From Prasinococcaceae sp. CCMP 1430 (lineage: Eukaryota; Plantae; Prasinodermophyta): 64,000 nt of DNA. The notes beneath the pieces were generated by a model. That model saw only the letters and a list, made by a program, of their open reading frames with translations, searched no databases and had not been told where the DNA came from. A program made the position numbers and the translations under genes. The stretch spans positions 205,335 to 269,334 of the forward strand of contig RQSC01000026.1 in the NCBI GenBank assembly GCA_013416795.1, read 5' to 3'. Positions 56,238 through 64,000 of this stretch are shown here, in pieces; position 1 is the first letter of the stretch; each line of letters starts with the position of its first letter.

Positions 56238-57398
56238 ATGGACGACTTCGGCGGCGGTGGCAACAACGAGGAGGAGGAGCTCGACCTCTACGGTGGCTTT
56301 GGTGGCGGCGATGACAAGGCGGGCGACACAGGCGCCGCGGGCGACGATGACCTCTACGGGGACATCGGTGGCGCGAGCACGGTTGCGCCTGCCGAGGACG
56401 CCGCACCGCCTGCGGGTGCTGGCGCCGTGAATGCCGCAGCGCCGCCACCCCCAGCTGCCGCGCCTGCTGCTGCTGCCGCTCCAGCGATGCCTCCGCCCGC
56501 AGCTCCTGCGCACGTCGTGGACAGCGCACTCACGGGCATCTTCGTGGGCGGGCTGCCGTGGTGGACGACCGACTCGGCGCTGCGCACACTCTGCCGTGAG
56601 GCGGCGGGTGCGCATGGAGCAGTTAGGGAGGTGCGCATCTACGAGGACCGTGTATGCGGCCGCTCCCTGGGGTACGCCTTTGTGGACTTCACCACCGGGG
56701 CCGCGGCCGCCGCTGCCAAGCCAGCGCTCAACGGCAAGGTGGTCGATGGCTCGAGCGTGGTCGTCGTGATCGCGACACAGGCGCCGCAGCTCGGGCAGTT
56801 TGGTGCCGGCCCGCCGCTGGCGATCACGACCGCAGTCAACGCCGCCAAGGGCATTCCCAATGGCCCAGCCGCCGCGGCTGCCGCCGCTGCTGCCGCTTAT
56901 ATGCCTCCTGGCTACGGCGCCGCGCCGCTGCCGCCTGGTCCGCGCGGGCCGCACAGTGTTGGCGGATGGGCAGGCCAACACGCTGCGCACACGGGCATGA
57001 TGGGAGGAAGGCCCATGGGCATGCATCCAGGCATGATGGGCCGTGGGGCGCCGATGCCGCCTGGGGGCATGGCGGGGGCGTGGGGCGGCCCCATGGGTGC
57101 GCCCATGGCCCCGCCGGCTGCGACCCAGACCCAGCCGGCTGTACCGGTTGCGGGGCAACAGCCAGTGCCGCCCGGACAGCCAGACGGTGACAAGGAGGAG
57201 CGTGACCGCGATCGCAGCGATCGGGACCGCGATCGCAGCGATCGGGACCGCGATCGCAGCAGGCGCGACGACAGGGAACGCGATGACCGCGACCGCGACC
57301 GCGATCGGCGCTACGACCGCCGCGACGACTACCGCCGGGACGACCGGCGGTACGATGACAGGCGGCGGTACGACGATAGGCGCTACAGTAGGCGCTGA
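56238..57398 (+). CDS. CPSF6: Cleavage factor Im large subunit CFIm68/CPSF6-like
   Basis: DDDLYGDI, RRM IFVGGLPWWTTD..GRSLGYAFVDF, Pro/Gly-rich middle, RD/RS tail. Confidence 0.88.
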   Translation: MDDFGGGGNNEEEELDLYGGFGGGDDKAGDTGAAGDDDLYGDIGGASTVAPAEDAAPPAGAGAVNAAAPPPPAAAPAAAAAPAMPPPAAPAHVVDSALTGIFVGGLPWWTTDSALRTLCREAAGAHGAVREVRIYEDRVCGRSLGYAFVDFTTGAAAAAAKPALNGKVVDGSSVVVVIATQAPQLGQFGAGPPLAITTAVNAAKGIPNGPAAAAAAAAAAYMPPGYGAAPLPPGPRGPHSVGGWAGQHAAHTGMMGGRPMGMHPGMMGRGAPMPPGGMAGAWGGPMGAPMAPPAATQTQPAVPVAGQQPVPPGQPDGDKEERDRDRSDRDRDRSDRDRDRSRRDDRERDDRDRDRDRRYDRRDDYRRDDRRYDDRRRYDDRRYSRR

Positions 57399-57696
57399 CC
57401 CTGCGGTGGCCTGCGAGGGCGCAGCGCGTGTCTGCGCATGGCACTTGGCCACTGCTTAATGCGAAACATCAGCACTCGCCTTGGCGCCAGCCAAACGGCT
57501 GTAGCCGCAGCACAGCGCAGCGCCATGATTCTGCGTTAGACGTCTTGGCCTGTGCGCATGTCTATCTGTATGCATGCATGCCTATGCGTACTTGTCAATA
57601 TGGTTACATGCAATGTCGTGGCGCACACACACCGCACCCGAGGCCGCTCCCTGTGAGGTCTGGGTGGTGCATCGGAGGGCGTGGCGGCAGCGCGCC

Positions 57697-59265
57697 TCAG
57701 GCGTCGCCGGCGACCGACTCCGCCTCAACCTGCTCGACCACGCGCTGCAGCGAGGCATTGGAGTGCACGAGCTTGAGGTTCTTGTTGAGGGACATGAGGT
57801 GTGACGCAACCGACGCCGCGTCGTCCGCGGGCGCTGGGGCTATGCCTGCCTCGATTGCTTGCGCCTTGGCCTCGCTCTGCTCCTTCGACACCAGCGCATT
57901 CATGAGCCCCGCGAACTCCCTGCGCCACTGCGCCTGCTTGGCCTCGCGAATCGCGTTGCGCGCCTCGTCGTCGGCGCTCTCCGCAGATGTCGCGTAGACG
58001 CCCGTCCTGTCAGCGTTTGCGGCCTCGTCTTCCTCTCGTCGCGCCTTCTCCTCCTCCTCCTTCGCGCGCGCATCCATGTCAGCGATCGCCGCGCGCAACC
58101 GGTCTTCGCCCATGGACTCGTAGCTGTTGAAGTCCAATCCATCAACGAAGCCCAGCAGGTCGTCCATCTCCTCCTCTTCGATCTCTTCAGCCTCCTCAGC
58201 CGTCCGTGCCCACGCAGGCAGCGCCTTTGCAGACTTTTTCCTGGTGGTACGCGTCACAGTGGGGACTTCCGACGGCGCAATCGGAGCGCACTCTCCGTCC
58301 TCCGGCGCGCCACTGGCACGGCGCTCGGCCTTGGCAGACGCCTCCACCTCGCTGGCGAGCACCGCAACAGCCTCAGTGCCCGCACCGGCCACCACTGCTG
58401 CTTGCGCCTCCTTACCCGAGGTGATTGCGGCGTCGACGAACGCTTCCATGTCTGCCACGACATCCACCGGCGGTGGCGCCTGCACCTCCACCTTGCGTTG
58501 ATGCTGCGAATGCTGCTCCTGCTCTTTCTGTCGCCCCTGCTGCCCCGCCTCCTCCTGCTGCTGCTGCTCCCGTCCATGCGCGGGAGAGTCGGCCTTGCCG
58601 ATATCCGGTGAGCCTGGTACGACGGTGCTGTTCTCTGCGCTGGCGGCACCCTCCGCGACACGCTCCTTGGCGAGTGTGCTGCTGGCGCTCGCGGGGTGAT
58701 AGCCGTCGCCCGAAAGGATGTGTTGGCGCATCTCCTTCGACGCCTCGGCGAGCCGTCTACGCCGGCGCTCGTCACCCACACGCCTGCACAGCACGAGCAA
58801 TCATCACGCGTGGAAACGAGCAAGCGCAGTCAGCTTCGTGTCGACGTGCACTGGCATGCGCCTTTGTCCGTCCGCGTAGCGCTGGGGTGCCTTTCCTCCA
58901 GCGCTTATGCGCACCCACGGGCACCCGCGCGCGCGTTTCTTGCCAGCATCAACCGGAGCGTTGCAGGAGCGCGTGGGTGCGCGCACGCACTTTCGCTCCT
59001 CTGCGTCGCGCTTGGCCTTAATCTCGGCCACTGCCGTGCGCAGCCAGCGTCGGTGGCGGTGTGTCACGGTGTCCCGCTGCACGCGCACGAACGGCAGGCG
59101 CTCGCACGGCGGCAGACCCAGCTGCTCGTTCAGGGGGATGTTTGACGCCGACACGAATGGCACCACGCCGTTGCTGCTGCTGCCACCGATGCCGCTACCG
59201 CCACCGCCGCCGCCCACTGGGCGGTCACACAGCATGACCCCCTTTGCGGGAGCAGCGGCTGCCAT
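57697..59265 (-). CDS. Uncharacterised charged coiled-coil protein (intron 58784-58990)
   Basis: Phase-compatible splice; conserved-looking motifs PAWART..EEEEMDDLLGFVDGLDF and LVHSNASL; TGTAA on the minus strand at about 57608. Confidence 0.7.
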
Positions 59266-60222
59266 GGCTACGCCCACGCGTACTGCGTCCCCAGTTTGTC
59301 CGGTGCCGGTGCCGCACGCGGTGACGATGCGCACCGCTGATGCGCGCGGCGCGGTCCGCCTCCGACGCGGTCTCTTGGAAACGCGCCGGCAAGGGCGGGA
59401 GCAGCCCGAAGCACAGACGAGCCTTGGGGGCGATGGCGACCCCCGAGCGTCGTCTCTGCCTTCACACCCGCTCGCCGCCTCTGCGTCCGCGACGGCGACT
59501 GTTGCCCCTCGCGTACAACGTCACCCCCCGCCCCGCGAGCGCGAGCGCGCGCGAGAGTGCAAGCTTCTAGACTGCCTTCCCCCCCCTTCTCGCCCACCTC
59601 GCCTGCAATCTGCGTTTCGACCCCCCGAGCCGCGCGAGCCCTTTGACACCGATCTCACCCCCCGCGTGCCCCTCGCAGCGCGTGGGCGCCGAGGGAAGCG
59701 CCCGCGAGGGTGTGGCATGCCGCGCGCGCGCGCGCGCGCGCGTCACGACGCGCAGGCCCATTCGCATTCGGATGCCCGCGTCGCCGTGCACGGCAGCGCA
59801 ACCAACGGCAACGGGCACGCGGGGGCGAGTTCGCGAAAAATGGTATCGTATCGTTTTCATCCTTTTCGTGGGGCTGATGGTGTGCGGGAGTGTTGCGCGC
59901 CGCCCTCGCGCGTGTGGCTGCCGCGCGGCGCGAAACGCGCGGGCGAAAAAAGACACCAACCAACAGAAGGTGCGTTGGGGGCGAGGGGGGGACGGACAGG
60001 GGGACAGCGGAAAAGTGCGCGTGGCCAAAAGCGCGCGCGCGCCACTGCGCGCGCGCGCCGCGCGACGCAGCTGCAGGGCCCGCCGCAGCCGCGCAACCCC
60101 CCAGGGCTGGGGGGGGGCGCCCGGCCAGAAACACATAGGGCTCGCGCGCGGGCGCGCGTTAGGGTTGCTGCCCCTTGGGCGCGGGCGTGGGGGGCGCGCG
60201 TGAGCAGCACGCGGCGGACACC

Positions 60223-61554
60223 ATGGCTGGCGATTGGGAGCACAAGGCGGTGGTGGTTGGGGGAGGAGAGGCCGAGGGAGGGACAGGCGGAGGCGAGGAC
60301 CAGCAGGGCGCTCCCCAGCATGGCGGCGGTGCGGCCGACGCGGGGCTCGACGCCATGCGCCTCGCGCCGCTGTTCGAGCCGCTCGAGCGCGCCCGCGCGG
60401 GGGGCGCGGTGCCCGCAGGAGCTGCGGGCGGAGCGAACGGGGCCATAACGGACCTCGAGCTGGTGAAGCGCCGCAAGGAGCGTGCCGAGGCGTTGTGCAA
60501 CGTGTACGAGGCCGAGTACTGGTCGCTCATGGAGCTGCTGCGGGCGGAGCACTCCAGATTTGTGGCCGAGAGCGGCAAGACGGGACTCGCGAGCGCCGCT
60601 GATGGTGACGAGGCCGCCATGGCCGCGGTCGTCGCAGCAGCGGAGGCCGCTGCCGAGGCGGGCGGTGGGGGGGCGGTGAGCGTCCAGGACGAGTTCAGGG
60701 AGTACTCGCGCAGACGCAGGCAGCTAATCGCTGAACGACGAGATGCGCAGGAGCCAGGCACCAGCGGCGCAGCAGCGGAGAACGGCGTGCAGGATGCCAC
60801 CAAGGAGGGCGCTACGGTATCTGAGGCGGAGACGGAGAAGCCAGAGGGCGCGCCGCAGTCCGGCGGGGGCCAGGAGGCCGATGGCGATGAGCGTGAAGAC
60901 GATGATGATTGTGGATGCATCGTCTCGTTCGCTGAGGTCGAGAAGATGATCCTGCTGGGCGCTCACGCGCGGCAACAGGTACCGGAAGACGCGCCGGCGG
61001 CTAACGGCGGGAGCCCCGCGCCCCTCGGGGAACGAGCTCGCGCGTCGCCGAGCGTGCTGTCGCTCGGCTGGTGTGATAGCGAGGCCACGCGGCGGCGGCT
61101 GCGCGAGGCGCTCCTGCGGGCAGAGATGGCCACCGAGAGCGCCAGTGTGCGAGCTGCCAAGGGTGCGCTGGCCGTGATTTTGGGTGCCAACCGCACGTTC
61201 CCCATTCACGACAAGGAGGTCACCATCGGCCGCGGCACGCGAGACTCGCGGTGCGACGTCGACCTGGCGCTGGAGGATTCCGAGCTGGCCGCGAAGCTCA
61301 GCCGCCACGCGGCTGTGCTCACCTACGACTCGAAGGTCGACCAACACTTCCTCGCGAACACAGGACGGCGGCCGATCTTCGTCAATGGGGAGGAGCTGGC
61401 CATCGGGGCACGGCGGGCGCTACCACGAGGGTGCCTCCTCGAGCTCGCGCGAATACCATGCCTGTTCGTCGCGCATCCGCAGGCGGCGCGCGTAGTCCAG
61501 GGGCGCGAGGCGCGGGAGGCGGCCAAGCGCGCGGTGAGCGGGCGCGGGTACTAG
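60223..61554 (+). CDS. MCRS1/microspherule-like FHA-domain protein
   Basis: ALAVILG..EVTIGRGT..DVDLALE..KLSRHAA..LANTGRRPIFVNG; SFAEVEKMIL. Confidence 0.8.
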   Translation: MAGDWEHKAVVVGGGEAEGGTGGGEDQQGAPQHGGGAADAGLDAMRLAPLFEPLERARAGGAVPAGAAGGANGAITDLELVKRRKERAEALCNVYEAEYWSLMELLRAEHSRFVAESGKTGLASAADGDEAAMAAVVAAAEAAAEAGGGGAVSVQDEFREYSRRRRQLIAERRDAQEPGTSGAAAENGVQDATKEGATVSEAETEKPEGAPQSGGGQEADGDEREDDDDCGCIVSFAEVEKMILLGAHARQQVPEDAPAANGGSPAPLGERARASPSVLSLGWCDSEATRRRLREALLRAEMATESASVRAAKGALAVILGANRTFPIHDKEVTIGRGTRDSRCDVDLALEDSELAAKLSRHAAVLTYDSKVDQHFLANTGRRPIFVNGEELAIGARRALPRGCLLELARIPCLFVAHPQAARVVQGREAREAAKRAVSGRGY

Positions 61555-61689
61555 TCGAAATAATTCGGTCGAACCACCACCCCGTGCGAGTGCGCTCGCG
61601 GGCGGGCGGGCGGGCGCTTGTGGTCAGAGTAGTACTACACATTATTACATGCCGCGAGAGAGTGAGTGGGAATGGAGTGTGCCCGAGTG

Positions 61690-63957
61690 TCACGTCGCGA
61701 ACTCCAAGACGCAGTCCAGAAGCACCGGCTCGCCTCGGCGCCTCTGCTCAATGAGCTTCGCGAGCGTCGGTGCGTATTTGTCGCCCTCCACCTCGAGCTG
61801 GCCCGCCAGCTCGGCCGCTGGCTCGAGCTCCCCAAGCAGCGCGTGCAGGCGCGCGAGATTGTACCTGTACAGAGACGTACGCTTCCCGATGGTGTCCCCG
61901 CCACGGATTGCGCGCTTGTAGAGCGCCTGCGCTGTGTCCAACGTCTTCCGATTTCCCTCGTCATCGACGACCGTCCCATTGAGCCTGACCAGCGAGTGCG
62001 AGCACGCTGCGTTGTTGAGATGCGTGACGCGCAGGCTATCGCTGTCGTGCATGACAGCGTCGAGAGCCTTCCACATATGCTCAGCCCCCTCCTCGCGCCT
62101 GCCCGTCTGCCACTTGACCAGCCCAAGGTCAGCGTGCCCCCAGAAGTCCATGTCGATGATGACCGAATTTCGCAGCCAGCGTTCCGCATCGGGCAAGTCG
62201 CTGAGCATGTACGCGGCGCGCCCCTTCATCCAATGCGCCTTCTTGTCGTTCACGTCTATGTCTATGGCGAGGGCAAAGTCCTGGGCGGCCCTCTCGTAGT
62301 CACCCATACCAAAGAACAGATAGCCACGTCCGTACGCGGCGAGCCCGCAGCGCGGGTACACCTCGAGCGCGGCGTTGTAAAGGTCCATTTCGGACTCCCA
62401 GGCGGAGCAGCGCAGCGACGAGCGTGCACCGCCGAACGTGAGCAGCGCGAAGAGCGCGAGCGATGCCACGCGTGGCGAGCGCAGTGCGTCGCGCGCAAAC
62501 ACGCAAGCCAGGGTCACGCACGCGGCTGCGCAGGGCAGGTACAGAGCGCGCTCGGCGATCACGAAGCCGACCTGGAAAAATAGGTTCGACGCCGGCAGGT
62601 ACGTCAGACCCCCAAGCAGGAACGCCTTCGCCGCGAGTTTGGCGTGTGCGCGCGTCGCGCCGAGCGCGACCAGCGTTAGGAGAAGAGTGGCCACGCCTGA
62701 GAGCGCCACAACGGGCGCGAGCGCCCCCAATGTCGACGGGTCTTCAGGCAGCTCCATGCCCGAGTGGTCGAAGCTTAGTCGGGCGGGCCAAAGCAGCAGC
62801 ATGATGGCCTGCGACCACACGTACGGCAGCGTCGCGAGCCGCGCACGTGGTTCGAGCGCAATCAGAGGATTGAATTGCTTGGGAAATGAGATGCTTGTAC
62901 CACCTGTAAGGAGGTGGCGTGCGCCGAGCAGCGCCGCGCCGGCGAGGGCGGTCACACACATGCGTGCGGCCACCAGACGCGTCGGCAGTGGCGACGGCGC
63001 AGACCCGTCGTCGCGCGTGCCGCCGCCGCCACGGCTGCCGTCGGACACCTCGCTGACGTCGGCAGGCGCGCGCACGTTGCCGCCGCGCATACGGCTGACG
63101 GGTGTCGCTTCTGCCAAGGCATTCACAGAATTGGCGGGCGAGGTCTGCGACACTGCCGCTCCGTCGCGGCCCTCCCAAAGGCACCACGCGAGTTCCACGA
63201 GGTCAAAGAAAGCGAGCGCAGGTAGCACCATCCCCCCGACCTCCTTGCTGAGCAGGCTCGCCGCGGCAAGGAGCACCGCGAGCGCTACGTAGCGCCAGCG
63301 CACAGCCTTCGCGGGCAGCGCACGCGCGTGGGCGTTCGCTGCACACAGGCCGAGCAGCGCGGCGAGCGACTCGGCGCGGCTTGCGATGTTCGCGGCGACC
63401 TCGGCGTTCACCGGGTGGACGGCGAAGACTGCCGCAGCAGCGAACGCGAGGAGTGTGGCGTCGCGCCGCGCGTGGGAGGCCGCGGGTGCGCCCACGCTGG
63501 CCTCGTGGCGCGTCCAGTAGAAGAGCGCCACCGATGCGGCCGCATGCAGCGCGACGTTTCCGGCACGGTACGCGGCCGGCAGGCGGCCGACGGCTGCGTG
63601 CGTGAGCTTCAGGCTGATCACCGTCAGCGGGCGGTAGCTCTTGTGCGTCCATGGCCCCGCGAGGTCGTGGCCCCAGTAGTCGTGCCGCCACAGCGTCAGC
63701 CAGCCGTTGGTTCCGACCTGCCCGCTGCTCGTGCCCACGCCGCCGCTGACGACGTCTGGGTTGACGAGCACCACGACCTTGTCGTCGAACGTCCAGCCGG
63801 CGCTCAGCGACGGCGCGAACGTAATCAATGCGAGCAGGGCGACCATCAACGCGCATGCCAGCCCAACCGCGTCGCCGTCGCTGCCGCCAGCAGCCTGCGC
63901 AGCGCCGAGGCTTGTGTCCGCCGGCTCGCTGCCACTGCCACGCGCGGCGCGCGGCAC
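61690..63957 (-). CDS. TMTC-type protein O-mannosyltransferase (TM + DUF1736 + TPR); probably 5' partial
   Basis: FDD..V..NPDV, HDYWG, HKSYRPLT, FAVHPVNAEVAA, WPARLSFD, PASNLFFQVGFVIAERALYLP, C-terminal TPRs. Confidence 0.92.
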   Translation of the reverse strand: MPRAARGSGSEPADTSLGAAQAAGGSDGDAVGLACALMVALLALITFAPSLSAGWTFDDKVVVLVNPDVVSGGVGTSSGQVGTNGWLTLWRHDYWGHDLAGPWTHKSYRPLTVISLKLTHAAVGRLPAAYRAGNVALHAAASVALFYWTRHEASVGAPAASHARRDATLLAFAAAAVFAVHPVNAEVAANIASRAESLAALLGLCAANAHARALPAKAVRWRYVALAVLLAAASLLSKEVGGMVLPALAFFDLVELAWCLWEGRDGAAVSQTSPANSVNALAEATPVSRMRGGNVRAPADVSEVSDGSRGGGGTRDDGSAPSPLPTRLVAARMCVTALAGAALLGARHLLTGGTSISFPKQFNPLIALEPRARLATLPYVWSQAIMLLLWPARLSFDHSGMELPEDPSTLGALAPVVALSGVATLLLTLVALGATRAHAKLAAKAFLLGGLTYLPASNLFFQVGFVIAERALYLPCAAACVTLACVFARDALRSPRVASLALFALLTFGGARSSLRCSAWESEMDLYNAALEVYPRCGLAAYGRGYLFFGMGDYERAAQDFALAIDIDVNDKKAHWMKGRAAYMLSDLPDAERWLRNSVIIDMDFWGHADLGLVKWQTGRREEGAEHMWKALDAVMHDSDSLRVTHLNNAACSHSLVRLNGTVVDDEGNRKTLDTAQALYKRAIRGGDTIGKRTSLYRYNLARLHALLGELEPAAELAGQLEVEGDKYAPTLAKLIEQRRRGEPVLLDCVLEFAT

Positions 63958-64000
63958 GCCGCGCGACGACTCCTCGGCGGCACCCGCACCGCCCGCGCCC

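Noticed and set aside
57200-57385. 21-bp and shorter tandem repeats
   Set aside because: They encode the ordinary RD/RS tail of CFIm68.
1-64000. tRNA, rRNA, transposase or viral genes
   Set aside because: None recognised by eye; a covariance-model scan was not possible.

Overview
Gene-dense, very GC-rich eukaryotic DNA with GT-AG introns (GTGCG/GTGAG/GTACG donors, GCTGAC-type branch points), microsatellite-rich introns and TGTAA 3' signals. It looks like a prasinophyte-grade green alga (inference). About 30 protein-coding genes or fragments are present, mostly in head-to-head and tail-to-tail pairs separated by short AT-rich islands. They include an RVE8-like MYB, an FSH1 hydrolase, a CAND1 5' end, MATE, class II aldolase, DnaJ, a folate-receptor-family protein, a GRIK kinase, cyclophilin, PiT, RimO, a USP, a LarA-like protein, an ANK-OB-RING protein, PGAP3, RRP7, ATG5, ArgRS, an ACT-cNMP-AGC kinase, CFIm68, an MCRS1-like protein and TMTC. 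The standout signal is a complete TPP (thiamine pyrophosphate) riboswitch aptamer at 12619-12702. It sits in an unusually long coding-region intron of the folate-receptor-family gene, between a branch-point motif and the 3' splice site, which suggests a splicing-controlled cell-surface receptor for vitamin B1 or its precursors. The assembly is a draft: several N gaps, including single-N joins, hide kilobases of sequence. All family assignments are from motif recognition by eye; no database search was run.
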